A stretch of 64,000 nt of DNA from Gemmatimonadota bacterium (GCA_039586795.1 JBDHJS010000015.1:1-64000); one strand, 5' to 3'. Shown: positions 46,352 to 56,239, counted from the first letter of the stretch. The notes: generated from the sequence alone by a model not told the origin. Made by a program: numbers and translations.

Positions 46352-46536
46352 CTATTTCGACAGCCGACAGCCAGTAACCACCGCTCGACGCCCGAGTCCT
46401 ATTCGGCGACCGACGCCCGGCGCCCGACTCTCGACGCCCGGCTACGTCGAGTGATGAGCGTAGAAAGTCGGAAGTCGATCGCTGAATTGTCCTCGAACGT
46501 CGAGCGGCGGCTGTCCGCTGTCGGCTGTCGAAATAG
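46352..46536. repeat. 185-bp palindromic element with 20-bp perfect terminal inverted repeats (MITE/REP-like)
   Basis: ctatttcgacagccgacagc (46352-46371) pairs with gctgtcggctgtcgaaatag (46517-46536); inner ccgctcgacg/cgtcgagcgg; 7-bp periodic interior. Confidence 0.85.
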
Positions 46537-46657
46537 TCCTACCGACCTTCCCTAGGCATCGGAACCATCTCCTCGGTGTCAGGAGTTGGCCCCTCAGCGT
46601 AGGGCGGCGTGAAAGTACTGGCTTTGATTGTTCGGTGGCGGTCGCTAGGATATCTGC

Positions 46658-47326
46658 GTGGAATTCACACTCATCAGTCTGTTCGGCGCCGGCGTGCTCA
46701 CCAGCCTGACGCCGTGCATCTACCCCATGATCCCGATTACGGTGGGCGTGATCGGCGGCAGCGCGGCAGGCGAAGGAGCATCGCGTAGACGGACCGTTGC
46801 TCTGACGCTCACTTACGTCGCCGGGCTGGCGATGTTCTACGCGATCCTCGGTGTCATCGCCGGATTGACCGGTCACCTGTTCGGTACGATCAGCGCGAAT
46901 TTCTGGGCCCGCTTCGCCATCGGTAATCTGCTGCTCGTATTCGGGCTCGCTATGCTGGACGTGATTCCCGTGTCGGCGCCGGGTCGATTGGTTGCCTGGG
47001 CTTCACGGTTGCGCGGCGGGTCGCTCCCCGCAGTGTTTCTGCTGGGCGCGACATCCGGCATCGTGGCGGCACCGTGCGGGGCACCGGCGTTTGCGGCGGT
47101 GCTGACCTGGGTGGCCGGCACCGGTAGCGCGGTTCTGGGGTTCGTCTATTTGTTCGTGTTCTCGCTGGGCATGACCGCGCTTCTGGTTGTGGTGGGCATA
47201 TTCTCCGGAACGCTGGCGGCGCTGCCTCAGTCGGGTCGCTGGATGCTTTGGATCAAGAAGGCGGCCGGTATCATCATGCTGGGCGTGGCGGAGTACTATT
47301 TCATTCAGGCGGGAATGGTGATTTGA
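46658..47326 (+). CDS. ccdA: CcdA/DsbD-beta transmembrane electron transporter
   Basis: TSLTPCIYPMIP and VAAPCGAP; about six TM helices. Confidence 0.9.
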   Translation: MEFTLISLFGAGVLTSLTPCIYPMIPITVGVIGGSAAGEGASRRRTVALTLTYVAGLAMFYAILGVIAGLTGHLFGTISANFWARFAIGNLLLVFGLAMLDVIPVSAPGRLVAWASRLRGGSLPAVFLLGATSGIVAAPCGAPAFAAVLTWVAGTGSAVLGFVYLFVFSLGMTALLVVVGIFSGTLAALPQSGRWMLWIKKAAGIIMLGVAEYYFIQAGMVI

Positions 47327-47844
47327 AGGATCGAAGGTTCTGGGCGTTGTTTCTGTTTGGCGCGTTGTGTTCGGTCCCGATGAGCGGGGCAAGGGCGCAA
47401 GATCAGATCGGCTTGCCCATCGGTGCCACGCCTGAGGCGGTGGAGCTCGAAGACCTTGAGGGCAACAGCGTTGACCTGGGTCGCTACATCGGCAGCGGAA
47501 GTCCGGCTGTACTGGAATTTTGGGCGACCTGGTGCAACAACTGCAAAGAGCTGGAGCATCAGATGCTCGCCGCCTTCAGGAACTACGGCGAGGGAATCGA
47601 GTTCGTCGTCGTCGCCGTTGCCGTGAACCAGAGTCTGCGACGCGTTCGCCGTTACGTAGATGAGAATGAGATGCCGGGGCGCGTGTTGTGGGACGCAAAA
47701 GGAAGAGCGGTCCGCGCCTTCATGGCTCCGGCTACGTCCTATATCGTTGTGATCGATGCAGCCGGCCGCGTCGTCTACACGGGCGTTGGCCCAGAGCAGG
47801 ACATCGACGCGGCCGTTCGAAAGGCGCTCGAGCGACAGGATTGA
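47323..47844 (+). CDS. TlpA/ResA-family exported thioredoxin
   Basis: EFWATWCNNC; signal peptide; TTGA overlap with the ccdA stop. Confidence 0.88.
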   Translation: MKDRRFWALFLFGALCSVPMSGARAQDQIGLPIGATPEAVELEDLEGNSVDLGRYIGSGSPAVLEFWATWCNNCKELEHQMLAAFRNYGEGIEFVVVAVAVNQSLRRVRRYVDENEMPGRVLWDAKGRAVRAFMAPATSYIVVIDAAGRVVYTGVGPEQDIDAAVRKALERQD

Positions 47845-47874
47845 GCGCGACCACCGCCTGCGACTCGGAAGTGA

Positions 47875-48447
47875 CTAGTTGCCCTCAGGCTCCTCCTCCG
47901 GCAACAAGGCGGCGATCGCCTCGCCCAGTTCGGTGTAGGCTGTAGGATCGATCTCCCTGAACGGCACCGCCCGGAACGCGATCTTCCCGTCGGGCCCCAC
48001 TACGAACAGGTTGCGGTTCGTCATGCCGGGGCGTGAGGCCAGGGCGCCGTACATTTCACCGACCTTCGCATCCGGATCGCTGGCCATCAAGAACTGGAAC
48101 TGGTCATCCCGGGCCCACTCGTAAAGAGCTTCTACCGGGTCGGCACTGATGGCAATGAGTATCACGTCTTGCCCGTCGTTGAACAGCTGTGCGTACTGAT
48201 CACGGTACGCATGCATCTGAATTGTTCAACCACGGGTCCGTGCCCTGAAGAAGAACGCCAAGACGATGGTCCTCCCACTGTAATCGCTGAGTCGGACTGG
48301 ATCCTTGAGCTCTCCGTAGCGTGTGGCGCCTCGCAGCTCGAAGTCCGGCGCATCCTGACCGATCTCCAGGGGTGGCGACGTCTGGGCGTGGAGCGGTGCG
48401 GCCCCAGCTATCACCACAGCTGCGAGCGCGGCGAAAAGTCCTTTCAA
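47875..48447 (-). CDS. Exported peroxiredoxin-like (AhpC/TSA, BCP-type) selenoprotein; UGA at 48228-48226 read as Sec
   Basis: ORFs 48226..48447 and 47875..48216 are in frame across TRG-TGA-TIQM. The UGA sits at the TxxC peroxidatic position; APDFEL, AISAD and RNLFVVGPDGKI motifs; AGGAGG before TTG. Confidence 0.88.
48179..48229 (-). promoter_or_regulatory. Putative bacterial SECIS element
   Basis: mRNA UUGAACA...UGCGUAC-CGUGAUCA-GUACGCA...UGUUCAA: 7-bp upper stem, 8-nt loop with G at position 2, 21 nt after UGA, plus a 7-bp basal stem. Confidence 0.72.
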
Positions 48448-48621
48448 GATTGGCCTCCTGTCGCCTCAGTCCGAACGCATGTTGGATAGATATTCAACAT
48501 TCTATTGCCAACCATGGTCCTCTAACAAGCGGCAGTTCTTGGTTGGCCGGCTGTGGCGTCCTTAGATACTTGAGCGAGTTAGAGCGACAAGCTAGGATCA
48601 GTCCTAATCAGGAGGACTTCA

Positions 48622-49770
48622 ATGCGCCACAAACTAGCTTCGTTCGCCATAATAACTGCTGCAGCTATCCTGCTCAGCTGCTCCGACAGCACGGATCCGG
48701 GGCCGCCGGTCTTGCTCGTCGTCACAGTTACCAGCGGTGAGCATGTCGACTTCAACGGATATCGCGTGCTGATCGATGGGGCGTTCCTGGCGTTCATCGG
48801 TGCCCACGACAGCGTCACGTTCGAGGAATTGTCCGGCGATCACGAGGTCGAGCTGGCCGAGCTGGCGGTCAACTGCGACGTGACCGGAGAGAACCCGCGG
48901 GATGCGACCCTGGAGGGTGGCACGACGCGTATCCAGTTCGATGTCAACTGCGAATCACTAATCACCGATCCGTTGGCGTTCGGGAGGATGGGGGCGTCGG
49001 CACCCGATGTGTGGACATGGGACCCGAGCGATGACCAGCCGACCCAGCTGACGACACACGCGGAGTCTGACAACAAGGCGGCGTGGTCGCCGGACGGTAC
49101 CAAGATCGCCTTCGCCTCGATGCGAGATGGTGATCTGGAGATCTACGTCATCAATGCTGACGGTACGGGTCTGACGAACCTGACGAATGCGCCCACGGCC
49201 AGCGACGACAGTCCGACCTGGTCTCCGGACGGCACGCAGATTGCCTTTGCCAGCGTGCGTGGCGGGGTGGCACGCGAGATCTACGTGATGGATTCTGACG
49301 GCGGCAATCAAGTGCGACTGACGAACAACCCGGGCTCGCTGGACGATCGACCCAGCTGGTCACCGGACGGCGCGACGATCGCGTTCGAGACGCTCCGTGA
49401 TGGTGACCTGGAGATCTACCTCATCGATGCCGACGGCACCGATCCACGGAATGTCTCGAACAACCCTGGCTGGCCCGATAGCGATCCCGATTGGTCGCCG
49501 GATGGCACGAAACTCGTCTTTGTGAGCGAGCGCGACGGGAACGCTGAGATCTACGTGATGGACGCTGACGGCTCCAGTCAGACCAACGTTACGAACAGCC
49601 CAACGACGTCCGACGTCGAGCCGTCGTTCTCACCGTCTGGAACGCGTGTGGCGTACGGGACGAATCTGGTCGGGGGCTTCGAGGTGTTCGTCATCGCTAT
49701 CGATGGTTCAGGGATCAACAACCTGACGCGGAGCGCCGCTGCGGACGGCAACCCCGCCTGGCGCCGCTGA
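48622..49770 (+). CDS. TolB-like PD40 beta-propeller lipoprotein
   Basis: Lipobox LLSC; repeated WSPDGTKIAF.S.RDG..EIY units; AGGAGG RBS. Confidence 0.93.
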   Translation: MRHKLASFAIITAAAILLSCSDSTDPGPPVLLVVTVTSGEHVDFNGYRVLIDGAFLAFIGAHDSVTFEELSGDHEVELAELAVNCDVTGENPRDATLEGGTTRIQFDVNCESLITDPLAFGRMGASAPDVWTWDPSDDQPTQLTTHAESDNKAAWSPDGTKIAFASMRDGDLEIYVINADGTGLTNLTNAPTASDDSPTWSPDGTQIAFASVRGGVAREIYVMDSDGGNQVRLTNNPGSLDDRPSWSPDGATIAFETLRDGDLEIYLIDADGTDPRNVSNNPGWPDSDPDWSPDGTKLVFVSERDGNAEIYVMDADGSSQTNVTNSPTTSDVEPSFSPSGTRVAYGTNLVGGFEVFVIAIDGSGINNLTRSAAADGNPAWRR

Positions 49771-49780
49771 CGTTACGGGT

Positions 49781-51280
49781 TCACTTCTCGCAGGTCAGAG
49801 CGGAATCCACGCCCTCAGAGAAGCCGGCTCTCGATCGCAGATCTTCCGGGCCGGCAAAGGGGGCATGGGCTCTGGCCTCGAGCCATGCTCCGACCGCCGC
49901 CTCCTCGATTCCAGGAATGAGACGTATCACTCCCTCCTGAACCGTGTTTGGATCGAACGACAGCGTCCTCGGTTCACCCAAAGCAACCAGCTGGACGTCC
50001 ACGCCGTTTACCTGACAGCGGAACTGGGGTCCGAGGCGCGAGTAGAGGATCATCGGGTCGCTTTCCACTTCCTCACGCCACCGCCGCCGGGCGGCGGCTA
50101 TCTCTTCTCTAAGCAGGTCGCTGAAATCCAGTCGCAACGCAGCCAGGTAATGATCCCGCCACAAGTCTGATGCAGCGGCGTCCACGAAGACGCCGTGCGT
50201 CAGGTCGAGAAAAACGTCGAGTACTTCAGTCGCCTCCTCCGGATACAGGCGGCGGTAGGTCTGGATGTAGTCGACAAGGAAAGGTGAGTCGGCCGATAAC
50301 TGCTGGACCGTAAGCAATTCCGAAAGCACGGAAAGCCCGCGCTTCATACGAGCTCGAACGGTATCCGGTGTTGGAAAGGACCGGCCGTGCGCGAGAAGGC
50401 TGAAGAAGACGCTGGCGTAGAAACCCTCTGACTGGAGAAGCTGATTCGCATCGCGCAGGCTGGAGAAGTCGCGCGCCTTCTCCATCTGTATTCTCAAGTA
50501 GTCCGGCTCCTTATACGCGCTTTGGAAGGCGAAGTTGTTGTCTCGGATCTCGTTGTACCGTGCCACGGTTTGAGAAAAAGTGAGCAGGTCTGCCGAGTGT
50601 TTGAAGTACTCGGCGAGGAAGCCAGGTTGATCACCAAATAGGAACTGACCGTGCCGGTATCTGTTCACCAGCCAAGGTTCCGGCGTGAAATGCGCGACAA
50701 CCGTCTCGAGGTGGATGGCGTAACCCTCGTCAAGTGCGGTCCCGCGGTCAGTCAGTGCAGCCGTAGTATGTGGAATCGCAGCGATGTTGCGGTCGGGAAT
50801 CTCCTGGCCGCCGGCCAGCAACGCCAGCACCATATGGCCGGTCTCGTGAAGCAGCGTCGTGGTAAAGCGCCAGTCCTGAGCATCGAGTATCATGAAGGGC
50901 GTGCGCGGGTGAACTGTGCTCTCGTCGCCTTCAACCAGACGGAAGCCTACTGCGGCGTAGTTGCCCTGGGGCTCCAGCGCGATGTAGTAACGACCGATGT
51001 CATCGGCGGAAATGCCGCGATCGAGTACTTCGGCTACGGCATCCGCGTATAGCGTCAAGGCCCATCGAGCGGAAGCATTGTCGAGCCACGCATGGTACGT
51101 GGCCAACTGAGCAGAATCCTCCACGAGCACATAGGTGGGAAGGTCGTCGCGTGTTGATTCTGCCGGCTCCATGAAGACGATATCGAGGTCCGCTGTTTGC
51201 GCCGGCGCGCCGATAGCGGACAGGCCCAGCGCTACGCAAGTCAGCGGGAGGGTCATCACGCTACGTAGGGTTTTCTCCAC
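49781..51280 (-). CDS. Exported putative zinc metallopeptidase with C-terminal HhH-like domain
   Basis: Signal peptide; LLHETGH and DEGYA; tail DPNTV...LIPGI...PFAGPEDL. Confidence 0.7.
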   Translation of the reverse strand: MEKTLRSVMTLPLTCVALGLSAIGAPAQTADLDIVFMEPAESTRDDLPTYVLVEDSAQLATYHAWLDNASARWALTLYADAVAEVLDRGISADDIGRYYIALEPQGNYAAVGFRLVEGDESTVHPRTPFMILDAQDWRFTTTLLHETGHMVLALLAGGQEIPDRNIAAIPHTTAALTDRGTALDEGYAIHLETVVAHFTPEPWLVNRYRHGQFLFGDQPGFLAEYFKHSADLLTFSQTVARYNEIRDNNFAFQSAYKEPDYLRIQMEKARDFSSLRDANQLLQSEGFYASVFFSLLAHGRSFPTPDTVRARMKRGLSVLSELLTVQQLSADSPFLVDYIQTYRRLYPEEATEVLDVFLDLTHGVFVDAAASDLWRDHYLAALRLDFSDLLREEIAAARRRWREEVESDPMILYSRLGPQFRCQVNGVDVQLVALGEPRTLSFDPNTVQEGVIRLIPGIEEAAVGAWLEARAHAPFAGPEDLRSRAGFSEGVDSALTCEK

Positions 51281-51335
51281 CGATAGATCCTCGCTGTGGT
51301 TGTTAGCACGGCGTGTAATCGAGGTAAGCTCGAGT

Positions 51336-52241
51336 CTAATCAGAAACAAAAAGGAGAATATGAAACTGGTCGGCGACTTGGTAGCTGAGTGCCAGCTGGC
51401 CTTCTAGAAAGCCAAACCCGTGCACGTTTTGCAGCGCCTCCAAGAAGCGTGCTTCCAGGTTCATGTCTCCGTCTGGGCAGGCCATTCGAGTCGAGCCGAT
51501 GGGGCCGAACTTCAATACGCCGGGTGCGGATTCCGTCACCGGACCAAAGTAGCGGTTACAGCCAGCTGAGCCGGAAACCTGTCCGTCGGTGACCGCGAGC
51601 GAAACCCGGAGTTCGGGCGACACCGGCTCGCCGATCGCCAGATGGGTCAGGACCCACTCCTCCGCTTCCAGGTCAGAGACGGACAGCTCTCCTGTGAGCC
51701 GCGGCGGCAACTCTGCGAGCGCCGCGTTCTCAATGACCCATGTGCGCGTGGCCTTCTGCGTAGGGCAACATGCGGCGTCTTGCGGTCCGTGCTGTATCAC
51801 GTCGAGTTCGACTCCTGCGGCGGTCAGGCGCATCATTCGGACCTGAACGCGATCGCCTACCAGCGCCGTACCCAGATTCGCGACTTCGTCGCCTTCGTGA
51901 CCCACGACAGCGATATACAGATAGGAACCGGAGCCGCCCGAGCTCTCCGAGAGGAGGACGACTGCTTCTGGGGCGCCATCGCCGTCGAGGTCACCACTCA
52001 CCCACAGTCGCTCAAGGAGGACCACCGACGCGCGAGTGGCACCATCGGGCGCAAACGGCTCGCCTTCCCACCGGCCATGCTCGAGGGCGATCGGCTCTTC
52101 GTATATGCCCTCGTACGTCGTGTTCGCTGCATCTTCGAAGGCGATCGTGGTGGCGCTTCTGTCGCCGTCATGACCTCGCCCGCATGCCGCGAAAACCAGC
52201 GCGGGAGCAAGGGAAGCGATGCGCCAAGGGATGTCGGTCAT
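51336..52241 (-). CDS. META (HslJ-like) domain lipoprotein
   Basis: Lipobox FAAC, GDLDGDG..EAVVLL..SGGSG, ACCPT, SGSAGCNRY, STRMAC. Confidence 0.9.
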   Translation of the reverse strand: MTDIPWRIASLAPALVFAACGRGHDGDRSATTIAFEDAANTTYEGIYEEPIALEHGRWEGEPFAPDGATRASVVLLERLWVSGDLDGDGAPEAVVLLSESSGGSGSYLYIAVVGHEGDEVANLGTALVGDRVQVRMMRLTAAGVELDVIQHGPQDAACCPTQKATRTWVIENAALAELPPRLTGELSVSDLEAEEWVLTHLAIGEPVSPELRVSLAVTDGQVSGSAGCNRYFGPVTESAPGVLKFGPIGSTRMACPDGDMNLEARFLEALQNVHGFGFLEGQLALSYQVADQFHILLFVSD

Positions 52242-53428
52242 CAGTTTTGATTCACATGGCCTGGGGAAGCGATCTTGGCGAGGAAGAGGTCCGGCTCCTG
52301 GTGATCCTCGTTCCAGATTCCTCCTGTGAAGATGTAGGCGCCGTCTGAAGTCTCCTGGAGCATGACTCCTCGATCGGTGCCCGGGCTGCCAAAACTTTCG
52401 CTCCACAACTGGTCGCCGGATCCGCTGATCGCGGTCAACCTAACGCTCCAGTACTCGGCCGTTCCGCTCGCGTACCCGGCTATGGCAAAACCGCCCTCAG
52501 ATGTTGGAACGGCCATCATGGCCCGGTCATCCCCGGCATCGCCGATGAACTCCGTCCAAATAACTTCGCCATCACCATCGGTTCGCACGAGGTAGATGTC
52601 GTTGTTACCGGCGCCAAAGCTGTCGGTATACCCGACCAGCAAGAAACCACCGTTGGGCGCCGTGGCTACTCCGTGTCCGATGTCGTTGCCTTCGCCGCCG
52701 TACGTGCGAGCCCAAACGACATCGCCGACAGAATCGATGCGGACCAATGAGGCATCGAGGCCGCCGACCGTCTCGTTACTGGTGATCCCGGCGAACACCG
52801 AGCCACCATCAGCGGTTGGAACTGTGGCGAAGACGCGATCGACCCCGGGTCCGCCGAGCACCGTCGTCCATAGCGTGTCCCCAGCCGCATCGATGCGAAG
52901 GATGTAGATATCCCGTTCGCCAGCACCGTAACTGGTCGTCTGAGCCGTAACCACGAAGCCGCCATCGGCCGTGGAATGGAGGGCCCAGGCGAGCTCGTCA
53001 CCCAGGCCGCCATAAGTGCGTGTCCAGATCGGAGTGCCTTCGCTATCCGTCCGTGCCAGGTACACGTCGTCACCGCCGGCGCCGAAGCTGTTAGTGAAGC
53101 CGACGGTCATGAAACCGCCGTCGTCGGTGGGCAAGACATCCCATGCGAAGTCGTTTCCGGGTCCGCCGAGGGTTCGGGTCCACAGCGTGTCACCAGCCTT
53201 GTCCGTACGGATCAGCCACGCGTCTTCCTGGCCGGCGCCAAAACTGCTGGTGTAGCCGGCGATGATGTAGCCCCCGTCGGCCAGTTCGCGAACCGAGTTG
53301 CCGACTTCGATTCCCGGCCCTCCTAGTTTATGATGAAACGAGGACGGTGGGGCGTCACAACCGGCATAGGCGATCGCTACGACAAAGAGTGTGTAGCGTG
53401 GCAGAGATCTAGAAATCGTCATTATCAT
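52241..53428 (-). CDS. Repeat beta-propeller lipoprotein
   Basis: Lipobox YAGC; about seven repeats of DGG(F/Y)..AG.T.SFGAG..D.YL.RTD..G..LWT.TYGG; 1-nt overlap with the META gene start. Confidence 0.85.
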   Translation of the reverse strand: MIMTISRSLPRYTLFVVAIAYAGCDAPPSSFHHKLGGPGIEVGNSVRELADGGYIIAGYTSSFGAGQEDAWLIRTDKAGDTLWTRTLGGPGNDFAWDVLPTDDGGFMTVGFTNSFGAGGDDVYLARTDSEGTPIWTRTYGGLGDELAWALHSTADGGFVVTAQTTSYGAGERDIYILRIDAAGDTLWTTVLGGPGVDRVFATVPTADGGSVFAGITSNETVGGLDASLVRIDSVGDVVWARTYGGEGNDIGHGVATAPNGGFLLVGYTDSFGAGNNDIYLVRTDGDGEVIWTEFIGDAGDDRAMMAVPTSEGGFAIAGYASGTAEYWSVRLTAISGSGDQLWSESFGSPGTDRGVMLQETSDGAYIFTGGIWNEDHQEPDLFLAKIASPGHVNQN

Positions 53429-53577
53429 CCTTCGTCGTCGGAGACTGATGGTAGGTGCAGGAAAGTTGGGCCGGCCGCAATGGGCGGGCAACCATCGCGG
53501 GCGTCGCGGCTGCCAACCCTATAGACGATGTAGCGGTCTAAGAATGCGAACTGACGCTTGAGGATCAAGGTGAACCG

Positions 53578-55212
53578 ATGAGAACTATAAGAGGCGTGTT
53601 GTGCGTGATTGCCATCACTGGTTTTGCGGGGCGATCGGAGGCGCAGGACACGCTGACTCACCAGCAGGCAGTCGATGATATCCGCTACATGCTGGGCTTG
53701 CTCGAGGAGACCCATCCCGATCCGTATTCGGCGTTCGGAGGGCGGGTGGGATTCAAGCGCGAGGCGCAGTCACTTCCCGAGCAGGTACCGCGGGAGGGTA
53801 TGACGCGGGCGCAGCTCTACTCCCTTCTTCGCACATTCTTCGGCAAGCTACGGGATGGTCACACCTATGTATCATCTCCGCCGAGCAGTGGGTCGCGGGT
53901 ACCGCTTCGGTACCTGCCTGTTCGCTTCGGCATCGCGACAGACGCTGTGTTCGTTCAGGGCACGACGGAAGGCTTCGAAGACTTGATCGGCTATCGTCTG
54001 GTGGCGGTGGAGAGCATTCCGATCGAACAGGCGGCTGCTCGAGCCGCAATGGTCAGACCGTCCGAGAACGAATTCGCGGCCCAGCGCTGGCTACTTGTGT
54101 ATCTCCGATCCAACAGGGGCGCTCGACGAGTGTTCCCGGACATTGAAGATGGCCTGGCGGTTCGGCTCGCCGCCCCAGACGGCCGAATCGTCGAGCGCCG
54201 GCTGCCGTACCAGCTGGAGCGGTCCGCCTACTACGATGGGCCATGGGTTGCCGAGCGCTGGGAGGATATCGAGGCGGCGCCGGGCCCGTTCTACTGGCAA
54301 CTGGTTGGCGAAACGAACGTCGGCTACCTGCGGATAAGCAGTATCGTAGGGCGCGAGGCGTACGAGGAGTTGCAGGCGGTTGGCCGACAGGATCTCCGTG
54401 ATCAAGTCGAGAATTACTACGCCAGATATCTCGGTGACTCAGTGCCAACCGCCATCGACGATGCGCTCGAGCGCATTCCATGCTTTACGCAAGGCATATT
54501 TGAGTTGTTGACGACGATGGAGGGTCGTGGCAGCGAGCACCTCATCGTCGACTTGCGCGGCAACGGCGGCGGATGGTCATCGCTCGTCGCGCCGTTCTTG
54601 CTGCTGGTGTACGGTGAAGAGTATTTCGAATACGACTACCCCAGCGAGTTCGTGACCCGGATTTCCCCGAGTTTCCTGTCGTTGAATGGCAAGTCGCTTG
54701 CCGAGTACAACGCAGAGCGCGGCACGAGCTACGAGCTCGGCGACCTCGTGTTCTCGGAAGAGAACAGCCTTGCTAGCCGGATGGACCGGACAGCCTATGC
54801 GAAGGAGCTCGAAGCACTGGGCTGTGGCTTGGCGGATCACTACAAGGAACTGGGCGGCGCGGCGTTGTATAACCCGCAGGTTGTAGTCCTGGTCGACCCC
54901 GCGACGTTCAGTGCGGCCTATCAGTTCATGTATCGAATGTGGCATCTGGGCGCCAAGCTGGTGGGCGTGCCGTCATCGCAAGCCGGCAACGCGTTCACAG
55001 ATGTCACGCCGTACAAGCTGCCCAACTCCGAGCTAGAGGGGTCGATCGCTCGCAGCGCGCAGATCTTCTTCCCGGGAGATGAGGAGCGGGGCAGGGTACT
55101 GTCGCCAGACTTCCCAATGGCTTGGAGTGACTTCGCTCGCTACGGCTTCGGCGAGCAGAGCGAGGTTCGCTACGCCCTGGCGTTGATCGCAGCGGGGTTG
55201 CTGCCGCACTGA
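53578..55212 (+). CDS. S41 family peptidase
   Basis: Signal peptide, DGHT, LIVDLRGNGGG, TFSAA. Confidence 0.88.
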   Translation: MRTIRGVLCVIAITGFAGRSEAQDTLTHQQAVDDIRYMLGLLEETHPDPYSAFGGRVGFKREAQSLPEQVPREGMTRAQLYSLLRTFFGKLRDGHTYVSSPPSSGSRVPLRYLPVRFGIATDAVFVQGTTEGFEDLIGYRLVAVESIPIEQAAARAAMVRPSENEFAAQRWLLVYLRSNRGARRVFPDIEDGLAVRLAAPDGRIVERRLPYQLERSAYYDGPWVAERWEDIEAAPGPFYWQLVGETNVGYLRISSIVGREAYEELQAVGRQDLRDQVENYYARYLGDSVPTAIDDALERIPCFTQGIFELLTTMEGRGSEHLIVDLRGNGGGWSSLVAPFLLLVYGEEYFEYDYPSEFVTRISPSFLSLNGKSLAEYNAERGTSYELGDLVFSEENSLASRMDRTAYAKELEALGCGLADHYKELGGAALYNPQVVVLVDPATFSAAYQFMYRMWHLGAKLVGVPSSQAGNAFTDVTPYKLPNSELEGSIARSAQIFFPGDEERGRVLSPDFPMAWSDFARYGFGEQSEVRYALALIAAGLLPH

Positions 55213-55368
55213 GAAGCCGCGCTTGTGGGTCCGGCAGGGGACTGGGTGCGGAACAAAAACTTGTCTAATCCGATAGTAAGAATAGCTTTTGATAAGGCTG
55301 GCGAATTGGTGTCGACCCACCTCGGCGCCCTAAGTGCCTAAAATAGAGTCACATACAAGGCTATTCGA

Positions 55369-56049
55369 GTGATCGAACGCAGAGAACACTGTCTCAAGCG
55401 CTTGCTTTCATGCCGTAGCTTGTCTTGTCTGGCGGCTGTGCTCATGTGTGCGGGCAGTTCGCTTGCGGAGGCTCAGGACGTCAGTCCGGGGAGCCTCGAC
55501 CTCTTTCGGGCGAGCGCTGCGTCAGGAGGAACCGCTAGCGGCGTGATGCGGTCGGGCCTGTTTGCGGTGCAGGGAAGCGGGCAGGCAAGTCGGAGTAGCA
55601 GCTGGCTCGAGACGACGGCGACGGATTTCGTAACCTCGCTGCTCGCCGTCAGCGATGTAGAGAGCTACGATGAGAATCCGGCTGGTGGCCTCAAGTTCGA
55701 GCACTACAACGCGGCTACGCAGCTGGAGTTGCCGATGTTGCGCGAGTCTCCGTTCCGCTTCTTCGCTGACTTCGGAGTTGGTGCTACCCGCATGCGCTCC
55801 AACGAGCCCGGTCAGCTGACGGGTCGAGACAGCTTTGTGTACGGCACGTATTTCTCTGGTGTGGGCGGCGTCACGGTGCGTTACCAACTTACAAGCGCGG
55901 TGGGTGCGTACGTTGGCGCCAGGTACTTCACATATGTGACAAACGCGGAAGACGCTGCGATCGGCCAGACCCCCAGCCCTGGCCGGCTGATGGAATCAAG
56001 CTCCTGGACCTTCCCCTTCACGTTGGGTTTCCGAATCCGCTTCAAATAG
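55369..56049 (+). CDS. Outer-membrane beta-barrel protein (tentative)
   Basis: Signal-like segment (AEA-QD), FADFGVG, GGVTVRY, terminal FTLGFRIRFK. Start uncertain. Confidence 0.65.
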   Translation: MIERREHCLKRLLSCRSLSCLAAVLMCAGSSLAEAQDVSPGSLDLFRASAASGGTASGVMRSGLFAVQGSGQASRSSSWLETTATDFVTSLLAVSDVESYDENPAGGLKFEHYNAATQLELPMLRESPFRFFADFGVGATRMRSNEPGQLTGRDSFVYGTYFSGVGGVTVRYQLTSAVGAYVGARYFTYVTNAEDAAIGQTPSPGRLMESSSWTFPFTLGFRIRFK

Positions 56050-56178
56050 ACCGACAGTAGCATTCTTGAATCCGTAGGCGGGCTCGATCATTCGAGAGAC
56101 TGCCCGCTTCTGGCACAGGTGCAATCCGAGTAGGCAGGGGAGTCAAGCCGCACTCTCACTTGATCCGAGCGAATCTTG

Positions 56179-56219
56179 TTGACAGGATGGCGGTCCCTAT
56201 TTATCTTAGAACTGAGATA
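56179..56219 (+). promoter_or_regulatory. Sigma70 promoter with overlapping MarR/MhqR-like operator
   Basis: TTGACA (56179-56184)-N17-TATCTT (56202-56207); palindrome TATCTTAGAACTGAGATA (56202-56219, 14/18 symmetric). Confidence 0.8.
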
Positions 56220-56239
56220 TTTATCATTCAGGAGGGATC

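Noticed and set aside
48960..49770. Repeated DNA segments in the TolB-like gene (also 52300-53300)
   Set aside because: Explained by protein-level beta-propeller repeats.
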